From Thermoleophilia bacterium (GTDB lineage Bacteria > Actinomycetota > Thermoleophilia > BMS3ABIN01): DNA of 64,000 nt. Position 1 is the first letter of the stretch. Each line of letters starts with the position of its first letter. Of the stretch, positions 43,846 to 52,468 are shown piece by piece. Under the pieces are notes generated by a model. It did not search any database. It was not told the DNA's origin and saw only the letters and a program-made list of their open reading frames with translations. Both the position numbers and the translations under genes were made by a program. The stretch spans positions 4,460 through 68,459 of the forward strand of contig JACUUL010000003.1 of the NCBI GenBank assembly GCA_014859345.1. Direction: 5' to 3'.

Positions 43846-43884
43846 GGCCCCGGCCCCGCGCGGGCCGGGGCCTCCTTTTTTTTT
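43846..43884 (+). terminator. rho-independent terminator
   Basis: Perfect 11-bp GC stem GGCCCCGGCCC / GGGCCGGGGCC with a 5-nt loop, followed by TCC and a run of nine T, 35 nt after the stop of the DUF4418-like gene. Confidence 0.85.
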
Positions 43885-44094
43885 GTGATTTTTACGCCAC
43901 CGGACTCAGCGATCCGCTCTTTTCCGTGACTTCCGTAACTTTTTTCCCGAATATTCGTTTGTTAAGGCAGGCTTCACGCTCTGCCGATAGAGCTAACTAA
44001 AGATGGGAGGGAACGGATTAATTCCTCCCCGATCAACCTTTAGGGCGAGGTTTAACGGTCTTGACCGGGCGATGAAAACTACAAGATCAACAGA

Positions 44095-44544
44095 GTGGCG
44101 AAACCAACCAACAAAAGCGATGCCGGAGTGGACTACTTCATACAGCGGGTCGTCTTCTCCGAAGGCCAGGTACTGGATCTGGTCTGCTTCAAGAATGGCG
44201 TATCTACACAGAGCATCATCGAGGAAATCGTGACCGAGCTGCAGAAAAAAAAGACAGAACTGGGAACCTGCCCTCTCTGCAAATCCAGGCTGATCTATCC
44301 GATGGAGCGTTACCAGCTAAACGACCTGGAGTGGAAGGTGCTGATGCTGTGCCCTAACTGCCTGTGCAAGCGGGAGATAGTCGTCGACCGCGAAACGGTG
44401 CGGGATCTGCTCAGGACGGCGCGGATGGGCCGCGAGTCCCTGATGAACGAGCTCGACAAAATGCAGAGGAAGAACATGGAAGATGAATCGGAGAAATTCA
44501 TCTCGGCTTTGCACAAGGACCATATCCTGCCGATAGATTTTTAG
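44095..44544 (+). CDS. hypothetical zinc-ribbon protein
   Basis: Two CxxC pairs (CPLCKS...CPNCLC) followed by a charged helical tail. GTG start. No family recognised. Confidence 0.4.
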   Translation: MAKPTNKSDAGVDYFIQRVVFSEGQVLDLVCFKNGVSTQSIIEEIVTELQKKKTELGTCPLCKSRLIYPMERYQLNDLEWKVLMLCPNCLCKREIVVDRETVRDLLRTARMGRESLMNELDKMQRKNMEDESEKFISALHKDHILPIDF

Positions 44545-44683
44545 GGCTTCCCGTTCGGGAAATCAGAAACCCGGATGCACCATGCTCAGTTCCCCGCGGC
44601 TATCCCGGCACAGGCGTCCAGATAAATCAACAAGGAAGGGATACGGTAAGCCCGAGTTTCAGGTTTTTCGGGAAAGGGCGTTT

Positions 44684-45910
44684 CTACCGGGAGTTTTTGG
44701 CTATCTCCTTGAGGAACTGCTCGTTGGCTTTTGTGTCCCGCAGCTTGGAGATAAGCAGCTCCAGAGCCGCGGCCGGATCAAGCGCGTGCAGCACGTTCCG
44801 CACCTTCCAGACCTGGATGGCCTCCTGCTCGTCCATCAGCAACTCTTCCTTCCTGGTGCCGGACCGCTCTATGTCGATAGCCGGGAAGACCCGCTTGTCC
44901 GCCAGCTTGCGGTCCAGATGCAGCTCCATGTTGCCTGTGCCCTTGAATTCCTCGAAGATGACCTCATCCATGCGGCTGCCGGTGTCGACCAGCGCCGTGG
45001 CCAGGATGGTCAGAGAGCCGCCTTCCTCCACGTTCCGGGCCGCGCCAAAGAACTTCTTGGGCGGGAACAGGGCTGTTGAATCGACGCCGCCGGAGAGAAT
45101 GCGGCCGCTGGCCGGAGCCGTCAGATTGTAGGCGCGCGCCAGCCTGGTGATGCTGTCCAGCAGCACCACCACGTCTCGCCCCGACTCTACCAGGCGCTTG
45201 ACGCGATCCAGTACCAGCTCGGCCACCTGAACGTGATTGTCCGAGGGTTGGTCGAAGGTAGAGCTGACCACCTCGCCGTCCACCGAGCGCTGCCAGTCCG
45301 TAACCTCCTCCGGACGTTCATCGACCAGAAGCACCAGCAGGTACATATCGGGGTTGTTGATCGTGATGGCGTTGGCCAGCTGTTTGAGGATGGTCGTCTT
45401 GCCGGCTTTCGGGGGCGAGACGATCAGCCCCCGCTGGCCCTTGCCGATCGGCGCGACCAGGTCGATTACCCGTGTGGAGATCTCGGTGGGCTTGGTTTCC
45501 AGCCTCAAACGTTCCACCGGGAACAGCGGCGTGAGCCTGTCGAAAAAGGGCCGGCCCCGCGCTTCCTCGGGATCCATGCCGTTGACAGCTTCTATCTTCA
45601 GCAGCGCGTTGTATTTCTCGCTGTCCTTGGGCTCCCGGACCTGCCCGGTCACCTCATCGCCGCGCCTCAGGCTGAAACGGCGTATTTGGGAGAGCGAGAC
45701 ATAAATGTCATTGTCGCTCTGGGTATATCCCCGGGTGCGCAGGAAGCCGAATCCATCGGGCAGGAGGTCGAGCGTGCCTGTCCTGACCTTGACATCCTCC
45801 GCGCTCTTGTCCTTCTCTTCCTTGGCCGGTTTCCGGCGCGTGGGCGTGCGAGCGGCACGCTCGTCGCCGGTTGTTTTCTTTTCCTGTTCCTGATTTTCTG
45901 CTACTTCCAT
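44684..45910 (-). CDS. rho: transcription termination factor Rho
   Basis: Lys/Arg-rich N-terminal insertion, RNA-binding domain GFGFLR, Walker A PPKAGKT, and [25 protein letters not shown]. Confidence 0.92.
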   Translation of the reverse strand: MEVAENQEQEKKTTGDERAARTPTRRKPAKEEKDKSAEDVKVRTGTLDLLPDGFGFLRTRGYTQSDNDIYVSLSQIRRFSLRRGDEVTGQVREPKDSEKYNALLKIEAVNGMDPEEARGRPFFDRLTPLFPVERLRLETKPTEISTRVIDLVAPIGKGQRGLIVSPPKAGKTTILKQLANAITINNPDMYLLVLLVDERPEEVTDWQRSVDGEVVSSTFDQPSDNHVQVAELVLDRVKRLVESGRDVVVLLDSITRLARAYNLTAPASGRILSGGVDSTALFPPKKFFGAARNVEEGGSLTILATALVDTGSRMDEVIFEEFKGTGNMELHLDRKLADKRVFPAIDIERSGTRKEELLMDEQEAIQVWKVRNVLHALDPAAALELLISKLRDTKANEQFLKEIAKNSR

Positions 45911-45986
45911 GATTTCACCTTGGCGCTTTAAAGGGCGGATTATAAGCGCATGATTTTAGGTAGGTTGTTGACCTTCCGGTTTTGCC

Positions 45987-46661
45987 CTAGCCGAGTCTTT
46001 CGGCCGCCTCCCTGTTCCTGGCCTGGGCCTTCTCCCAATCGTTCTTGAAACTTGCGATGCCTCTGTCGGTTAACGGATGCTTGACCATCTTGCGGTATAC
46101 ATCCGGAGGAATCGTGGCGATGTCGCAACCAAGCAGAGCGGCTTCGGTGACGTGCAAAGGGTGTCGGATGCTGGCTGCGATTACTTTAGTCGAAAATTCA
46201 TTGACAGCGAACACCTCGACTATGTCCGACAGCACCTGCGATGAATCGTGCCCGATATCATCGAGCCTTCCCACGAAAGGGCTTACAAAAGTGGCTCCCG
46301 CTCTTGCCGCCAGGAGTGCCTGGTTTGCCGAAAACACCAGAGTGACATTGGTTTTGACCCCCTGGCCGTTCAGTTCCCGGGCCCCGCTTAAGCCCTCCGG
46401 TGACATCGGCAGCTTGATGACCACATTTTCGTCGAGGCCGGCGAGCCGTTCCGCTTCCATTACCATACCCTCGGCGTCCTCAGACATAACTTCTGCGCTG
46501 ACGGGGCCGCCGACCAGATCACAGATCTCCCGGATGATTTCATCGTAGTCACCGCTTTCCCGGGAAAGCAGGGTGGGATTAGTGGTCGCTCCGGATAATA
46601 CGCCCCAGGCGGCAATTTCCCTGATGTCCTCGATGTTGGCGGTGTCAATATACAACTCCAT
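45987..46661 (-). CDS. fsa: fructose-6-phosphate aldolase / type 3B transaldolase
   Basis: MELYIDTANIEDIRE...GATTNPTLL...ISPFVGRLDD family motifs. Its ATG overlaps the upstream TGA by 1 nt (TGATG), with AGGTGA upstream. Confidence 0.85.
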   Translation of the reverse strand: MELYIDTANIEDIREIAAWGVLSGATTNPTLLSRESGDYDEIIREICDLVGGPVSAEVMSEDAEGMVMEAERLAGLDENVVIKLPMSPEGLSGARELNGQGVKTNVTLVFSANQALLAARAGATFVSPFVGRLDDIGHDSSQVLSDIVEVFAVNEFSTKVIAASIRHPLHVTEAALLGCDIATIPPDVYRKMVKHPLTDRGIASFKNDWEKAQARNREAAERLG

Positions 46662-47593
46662 CAAATCACCTCTGCTTCAAGACCTGATTCGTGGTACCTG
46701 CTGACGGTATCGAGCACTATTCCCATGACGACCTTGACAGCATCGTCGATACTGTGGTTATCAATGACTGGCACATTGGCGTCCCGGGCCGATTGCAGCA
46801 TATGCTCCTGTACCCGTCTGATCTTGTCCATGCTCTCGACGTATTTTTTCAGCGAACGGACGCCGCCGGTCTCCTGGTCCCTGACAAAAAAGTGGCTCCG
46901 GTGCCTGTCTTCGTCAGTAACCGCCATTACCACCTGTATGACTATCGCCCTTGTCCAAAGGTCCTCGTTGAGGTAACCCGGCAACAGGTGGGCGCCTTCG
47001 ACCACCATCCGGGTGCCTTCGTTGATGGCCCTTTCGATGATCGCGTTGACGCCCACGCTCACTTTTTCCACCTGCTCCAGGTAGCCGTCGATCACCCGGT
47101 CGGCTCCCTTTGCGGTTTTCACCGCTTCCCCCGCCTCGAACGAGGAGTAGTGGATCTCCGGCATCAGCTCCGGCGCGAAAAAGGCCCGCATCGCCTGACG
47201 GACCGAATCCGTCGAGGTCAGCCGAGTCACTCCCAGCCGGTGCGCCACCTGGGTCGCCAGCGTGCTCTTGCCGACACCGGTGGCGCCTCCGATCATAATG
47301 ATGATCGGCTTCTCCAGTTCTCCCAGCATCCGCCAGCGGCGGTAACGCTCCGTGAAACTCTGTCCCTCTTCTTCTCCAAGAACCTGCTGGGCGATCTTCT
47401 GCAGCTTCTGAAGCGTGATGCCCGATTCGCCGCTTTCCATCAGATGCCGCTCGACTTCCTGGGCCACGTGGTACGCCCTTTCCGGCGGAAGCCCCGTGGC
47501 CATGATCGACTGGGCCATGAGCCCCTTGGAGTACGAAAGACCATACTCCTTGCCGATGATCTGCAGGTCCAGGTGTCTCTTGAGATCAGCCAA
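46661..47593 (-). CDS. 2-phosphoglycerate kinase
   Basis: YSKGLMAQSIMATGL..ERAYHVAQEVERHL N-domain, and P-loop IGGATGVGKSTLA followed by TSTDSVRQAMR, as in archaeal 2PGK (COG2074). Probable TTG start at 47593 overlapping the upstream stop. Confidence 0.65.
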   Translation of the reverse strand: MADLKRHLDLQIIGKEYGLSYSKGLMAQSIMATGLPPERAYHVAQEVERHLMESGESGITLQKLQKIAQQVLGEEEGQSFTERYRRWRMLGELEKPIIIMIGGATGVGKSTLATQVAHRLGVTRLTSTDSVRQAMRAFFAPELMPEIHYSSFEAGEAVKTAKGADRVIDGYLEQVEKVSVGVNAIIERAINEGTRMVVEGAHLLPGYLNEDLWTRAIVIQVVMAVTDEDRHRSHFFVRDQETGGVRSLKKYVESMDKIRRVQEHMLQSARDANVPVIDNHSIDDAVKVVMGIVLDTVSRYHESGLEAEVI

Positions 47594-48971
47594 GTTCCTT
47601 CCCGCTGAAGTCTGCGATCGCCTCTTCCGCCAGTCTCTCCAGCAACGGCTCCAGCCTTCCCGAGCCACCCACTTCAACAGGAACATTGTCGCAAAAAACG
47701 ACGTCGATGCCCCGGCGGTCGGCCTCCTCGGTTACGACATCGATAGCAGCCGCCTTGATCTCGGTGAGAATGACATCCGTTTCTTCCACGTTCAGCCGCT
47801 CCAGATCTGCCCGCAGCTTGACGCGGTCAGAAAGCTGGCTGGAGACAAAATTCACGGAGCATCCAAACTCGGTACCGATATAGGCGGCTATGCGCTCAAC
47901 CACCTTGCCCTGGGCCGTGGTAAAGTAGGCGACCCGCTTGCCCATTATGTTTCCATCCGGCTTGGGCCTCAGCACCGTAGGCACCACCTCGATACCCGGC
48001 TTTATCTCCTCGATGCCGGCGATCAGTTCCCGGATTTTTTCCGGGCTGGCCAGCGGCTCCTCGCACATGGTCATCAGGACCGCGTCTGATATAAGCAGCC
48101 TGTACGTGCCCATGTAGCCGAGAATATAGTCAAGAGGCTGATCCGCGCCTACCACACAGATCGCCCTGTTGACGTCGATGGGAGGCAACGCGGCGCCGCT
48201 TCCCTCAAAAATCAGCAGATCGGCCGGCAGCTCCTCGGCCACGGCCGCCCCTTCCTCAACATTTGAGACGTAGGGCATGCCCGCCAGTCCGCCGCCGCAG
48301 CGGCGGCAACCTACCGTGGTCACAGAACTGAGCACGGCATCCTCGAAATAGTCGGAGGCGGCGTGCTTACCCTGGCGGCTGTACGAAAGCAGCTCCGCGA
48401 CGCCGATGCTCTTGTCCCGGCCTTCGATCACTTCAGGCTCGAGCGGGCCGCCGCGGCCCATGGCAATGACCACCACTCCCTCCCGGTAACCTTTCCCGGA
48501 CAGCGCCTCCCCGACGATCCTGGAAACGTAGCCGCTGACCGCGGTCTTGCCAATCCTTTTGCCCGTGCCAATAATTGAAAGGGAAGGCTTCCGGGAGAGC
48601 TTATGGAAAGTCGGAGGAGATAAAGTAAAGTCAGAGCCCTGATACCGGATGCCCGCAGCCAGCGCCTGGCTCGCATACCGGAACCGCTCCCAGTATCCTA
48701 GCACCGGCTCATCGCTTAAGTCAACAATCACTTCCGGGGCGTGATCCCGGATAGCCTGAGCAAAAGCTTCTTCGGCGTTCTCATCATGAAAGTAAACGGG
48801 AATCCCGTATTCGTTACGTTCCGGATCGCCAATCACGGCAAGATCAATCTTTTCCGTGCCGCCCGCGAAGACAGCCGCTTTCACGTCGAACTGGCGCGAA
48901 ACCTCTTCGAGCGCTTCGCGGACCACATTCGGGTAATGCTCTCCGTCTATGAGGGCGATTGCTTTTTTCAA
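47586..48971 (-). CDS. cpgS: cyclic 2,3-diphosphoglycerate synthetase
   Basis: About 460 aa. N-terminal ALIDGEHYPNVVREAL and P-loop-like IIGTGKRIGKTAVSG match my recollection of methanogen cDPG synthetases. Adjacent and coupled to the 2PGK gene. Confidence 0.6.
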   Translation of the reverse strand: MKKAIALIDGEHYPNVVREALEEVSRQFDVKAAVFAGGTEKIDLAVIGDPERNEYGIPVYFHDENAEEAFAQAIRDHAPEVIVDLSDEPVLGYWERFRYASQALAAGIRYQGSDFTLSPPTFHKLSRKPSLSIIGTGKRIGKTAVSGYVSRIVGEALSGKGYREGVVVIAMGRGGPLEPEVIEGRDKSIGVAELLSYSRQGKHAASDYFEDAVLSSVTTVGCRRCGGGLAGMPYVSNVEEGAAVAEELPADLLIFEGSGAALPPIDVNRAICVVGADQPLDYILGYMGTYRLLISDAVLMTMCEEPLASPEKIRELIAGIEEIKPGIEVVPTVLRPKPDGNIMGKRVAYFTTAQGKVVERIAAYIGTEFGCSVNFVSSQLSDRVKLRADLERLNVEETDVILTEIKAAAIDVVTEEADRRGIDVVFCDNVPVEVGGSGRLEPLLERLAEEAIADFSGKELG

Positions 48972-49804
48972 CCCTGAGTCGGACTTTCGGTGGCGGGAGA
49001 TTTCTCAAAAGCCACGGTCGAGGGACAGAACTTGATGATCAGGTCGGCATCGTGGAACGGATATTTCCGCCATATGGTGCATTCGTCCTCGCCTATCTCG
49101 ATGACGTTGTAGCAGGGTCTTACCTTGCCTCTCAGCCTCAATGTGCACACGGTGCCGGCATTGACTGCGAAGATGTTCTCCAGGCGCCACGCATAAGGAA
49201 CATGCTTGTGTCCGGACAGGATCATGTTGACCTGGCATTGCTGAAGCACCTCCAGGATGTCGCCCGCGTCGTATACCATGTTCCGTTCACGGCCGGTGCC
49301 AGGCACCGGCAGGAGGTGATGGTGAAGGATGAACACCCTGAAATCAGCTTTCTGCGTGAACTGTTCCTTGACCCACTTGTAGCGGTGGCGCCCCACCGTG
49401 CCGTAGTCAAGGTCCGGCTCCGAAGAATCAACGCCCACAATGCTGAGCCCGTTCCTGTGCAGGATGCTTTGGCGGGAGCCGAACATCTCCTCGAAATGGA
49501 CATAGCCGACATTGCGGGCGTCATGATTTCCCGGCACGACCAGAAGGTTCTCGCAATCGATCTTGTCCAGGTAGCTCTTGGCCAGAAGATATTCCTGCTT
49601 GAATCCCTGGTCCGTGAGATCGCCGGTCACGATCACCACGTTCGGCTTCAGCTCGTTGAGCTCGATTACGGCCCGGTCCATCAGATTCGGCACGAAATAT
49701 TGCGAGCCGGCATGGATATCGGAGATATGGGCGATAATGAAAGGTTTCGGCTTCTTTTCCTCTTCTGCCTTATCCGCGGCGGAGAGAGCTGATTCGGGAT
49801 TCAT
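48968..49804 (-). CDS. calcineurin-like metallophosphoesterase
   Basis: HISDIHAG, VTGDLTDQG, VPGNHD and SGHKH motifs. ATGA overlap with the cpgS start. Confidence 0.75.
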   Translation of the reverse strand: MNPESALSAADKAEEEKKPKPFIIAHISDIHAGSQYFVPNLMDRAVIELNELKPNVVIVTGDLTDQGFKQEYLLAKSYLDKIDCENLLVVPGNHDARNVGYVHFEEMFGSRQSILHRNGLSIVGVDSSEPDLDYGTVGRHRYKWVKEQFTQKADFRVFILHHHLLPVPGTGRERNMVYDAGDILEVLQQCQVNMILSGHKHVPYAWRLENIFAVNAGTVCTLRLRGKVRPCYNVIEIGEDECTIWRKYPFHDADLIIKFCPSTVAFEKSPATESPTQG

Positions 49805-49910
49805 GAAATTCCGCTCCTGTGAATATTCCTGGTGGGAAGACCTGTTGGTTGCCGGTGACGGTACGTCTTTTTTCGGGCCGGACGACGGCCAGACCTGGGC
49901 CGGCAACCGG

Positions 49911-50696
49911 TCAGTTCTTTTCGTTCCTCTTATGCACGAGTTTCAAACCCTTCAGCGTCAGCAAAGAGTCGATCCTGCTCAATGTCCGGGCATGGGGCAC
50001 GATCAGTTCGGCGAAGCCGCCGGTGGCCAGCGTCTCTACTTCTTCGCCGCCCAGCTCTTCTCTCATTCGCGTCACGATGCCGTCCACGAGCCCGGCAAAT
50101 CCCATGACCACGCCGGAACAAAGCGACGCGGCTGTCGTCTTGCCGATGACGCTCTCCGGCGGGCAAAGATCCACCCCGGACAGGCGGGCCGCCCTGGCGG
50201 TGAGGGCTTCCAGCGAAACTTCGACTCCCGGGGATATCGCCCCTCCCAGATACTCGCCCGCGCCGGAAATGGCGTCAAAGGTCGTCGCGGTGCCGAAGTC
50301 GACCACCACACAGGGGCCCCCGCCGAGCTCCTCGATGGCGGCGACCGCGTTCACGATCCGGTCCGCGCCCACCTCGTGCGGGTTGTTGGTCAGGATCGGC
50401 AGGCCCGTCCTGAGGCCCGGCCCCACCACGATCGCCTCCGTGTCCATATATCGCGAGGAAAGCAACTCGTACTGGCCCACCAGGGGCGGCACCACGGAGG
50501 AAACAATCACCCGGTCTACCTGCCCGAACGCCAGTCCGCCAAGCGACAGAAGAGAGGAATATACCGCTGCCAGCTGATCGGCGGTGGCATGGGCCTGGGT
50601 AGCGACGCGCCAGTGTTCCGTAAGCTCATCTCCGGCGAAAAATCCGGCGAGTGTATGGGTATTGCCAACATCGATGGCGAGAAGCTGCGCTGGCAT
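49911..50696 (-). CDS. coaX: type III pantothenate kinase
   Basis: LLAIDVGNTHT, VVDFGTATTFD and PGVEVSLEAL motifs. Start taken at internal Met36 of ORF 49911..50801. Confidence 0.85.
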   Translation of the reverse strand: MPAQLLAIDVGNTHTLAGFFAGDELTEHWRVATQAHATADQLAAVYSSLLSLGGLAFGQVDRVIVSSVVPPLVGQYELLSSRYMDTEAIVVGPGLRTGLPILTNNPHEVGADRIVNAVAAIEELGGGPCVVVDFGTATTFDAISGAGEYLGGAISPGVEVSLEALTARAARLSGVDLCPPESVIGKTTAASLCSGVVMGFAGLVDGIVTRMREELGGEEVETLATGGFAELIVPHARTLSRIDSLLTLKGLKLVHKRNEKN

Positions 50697-50766
50697 GGCA
50701 ATAATGGATTCTATCAGAGACCGGGATATACCGCGACCAGGACGAGGCCTTTGGGCCGGCAGCTTC

Positions 50767-51243
50767 CTAAGCCGGAGGCGGGTCTTCTGGCGCCCCGGCA
50801 TCCTGGGGACGCGCGTTCTTCAGAGCCTCGACGCCACCTGAGCAGTAGTCGAGATCGTTCCAGCGGCAGCCCGCGCATAGCTCGTTCATGTCATCGGGGC
50901 TGATTTTTTTGCCGATCACCTGCAGCAGAGAAGCCCATGTGCCGGTATCCCCGACATCGATGTCCAGCTTCTTCATGACTTCCGCGTCCAGGCTGCAAAC
51001 GTCCTGGTCAGGGCAGTTGCAGGAGCCGGTCCGCAGATGAGGACAAGCAAAGCAGATATCATCAGCCCCCGCTACGATGCGAACCGATAATTCCGATCCC
51101 GTCCGTAGCCGATGCGTCAGCCGGGCCAGATTGGCGACAAACTGAGGTGAGTAACCCTGTCCCCTGAAACCCTGTATGCACAGCAGGTGGTGAGCTCTTA
51201 ACCTGACGTCTCTTATCGCGACGCCCCCCTGTCCTTTATTCAA
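50767..51243 (-). CDS. DUF1284 domain protein (Cys-rich)
   Basis: LRAHHLLCIQGFRGQGYSPQF and CFACPH..GSCNC motifs. Probable TTG start. Confidence 0.55.
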   Translation of the reverse strand: MNKGQGGVAIRDVRLRAHHLLCIQGFRGQGYSPQFVANLARLTHRLRTGSELSVRIVAGADDICFACPHLRTGSCNCPDQDVCSLDAEVMKKLDIDVGDTGTWASLLQVIGKKISPDDMNELCAGCRWNDLDYCSGGVEALKNARPQDAGAPEDPPPA

Positions 51244-51450
51244 GCGAGCCAGACTCGATTTTTATTCTGGGCCGCTGCTGATCATCAACTCGCCTAATCT
51301 TTAACTTTAAGCCTCTTTGCAGCATCTGACAAGTGATATTTTCGATTGGTTTTCTCTGGTTATGAATAATAATATGAATTTTTACAGGTATTTCTATTCG
51401 CTGGTATTATTTGAATCACTTCTTGACACATGGCTGCCTCTTTGATAATG

Positions 51451-51484
51451 ATTGTCGACGTTGATGAAGAATAAAGTTGACAAT
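51451..51484. promoter_or_regulatory. candidate BirA operator (bioO) just downstream of a TTGACA / GATAAT promoter-like pair
   Basis: Imperfect inverted repeat ATTGTCGAC-N16-GTTGACAAT (8 of 9 positions complementary). TTGACA at 51423-51428 and GATAAT at 51444-51449 lie immediately upstream. An HTH-bearing BirA is encoded at 57364..58344. Confidence 0.4.
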
Positions 51485-52468
51485 TGGACGCCGCTGCTGA
51501 AATCAATCGGGGACAAGCTGATGTCAGGCGGCTACATAACATTTTCCGACGCCCTGCAGTTGACGCAGATTCCGGAGGAATCGGTAGGCGATCTTATCCG
51601 TCTTGCAGACCGGGTGCGGCGGCGATTTGCCAGCGAAAAAGCAGATCTCTGCTCCATCGTAAACGCCCGTTCCGGCAGGTGCGCCGAGGATTGCAGGTTC
51701 TGCGCCCAGTCGGTCCATTTCGATACAGAAGCGCCGGTTTTTCCCATGAAGCCGGTCAAGGATATTTTGCGGGCAGCCGTGATGGCCGAGGCCGCCGGGG
51801 CACACCGTTTCTGCATCGTCACCAGTGGAGACTCTTTAAGCGAAAGGGATTTCGGTACGGTGGTGGAGGCGATCGGCCGCATCCGGGAGGAAACCGGCCT
51901 CAGGCGGTGCGCTTCCATCGGCAGGCTGAGCCGCGAGCGGACCGCCACGCTCAGAGAAGCGGGGCTGAATCGCTACCATCACAATGTGGAAACCGCCCGT
52001 GGTTTCTTCCCGAGCGTGTGCGCCACGCACACTTACGAGGACAAGCTCCGCACAATCCGGCATCTTCAGGAATACGGAATCGAAAAATGTATCGGCGGGA
52101 TCCTCAATCTGGGAGAATCGCCGAGGCAGCGGATCCAGATGGCCTTTGAGATCAGGGAACTGCAGCCGGATTCTGTACCGGTAAATTTTCTGATCCCCTG
52201 GAAGGGAACCCCGCTCGGGGGCAGAAAGCCCATTGCCGCCATCGAAGCCGCCAGATACCTGGCTATCTTCCGGCTGGTGATGCCGCGTGTGTATATCAGG
52301 GTAGCGGGCGGACGGCTGGAAACGTTCGAAGACCACCCCACTCTTCCGTTTGACGCGGGCGTCAACGCCCTCCTGATCGGCGATCTCCTGACCACCCCGG
52401 GCCCGAACGCCCGGTCCGATATCACGCTGCTGAGATGTCTCGGTTTTGATTTGGATGGCCGTGAATAA
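51464..52468 (+). CDS. bioB: biotin synthase
   Basis: Radical-SAM motif CAEDCRFCAQS plus FCIVTSG and NHNVET motifs. Start is ambiguous (TTG 51452, ATG 51464 or ATG 51521; the last fits best if the operator/promoter call is right). Confidence 0.9.
   Translation: MKNKVDNWTPLLKSIGDKLMSGGYITFSDALQLTQIPEESVGDLIRLADRVRRRFASEKADLCSIVNARSGRCAEDCRFCAQSVHFDTEAPVFPMKPVKDILRAAVMAEAAGAHRFCIVTSGDSLSERDFGTVVEAIGRIREETGLRRCASIGRLSRERTATLREAGLNRYHHNVETARGFFPSVCATHTYEDKLRTIRHLQEYGIEKCIGGILNLGESPRQRIQMAFEIRELQPDSVPVNFLIPWKGTPLGGRKPIAAIEAARYLAIFRLVMPRVYIRVAGGRLETFEDHPTLPFDAGVNALLIGDLLTTPGPNARSDITLLRCLGFDLDGRE

Noticed and set aside
43885-44094. Possible small RNA or riboswitch in the ~210-bp gap after the terminator (short hairpins GGCAG-N10-CTGCC and GGGAGG-N15-CCTCCC)
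   Set aside because: The stems are short and match no riboswitch or sRNA class I recognise. The evidence from sequence alone is insufficient.
44545-44683. Possible bidirectional terminator between the zinc-ribbon ORF and rho (TTCCC-gttc-GGGAA)
   Set aside because: It is only a 5-bp stem with no flanking T or A run, so it is not convincing as an intrinsic terminator.
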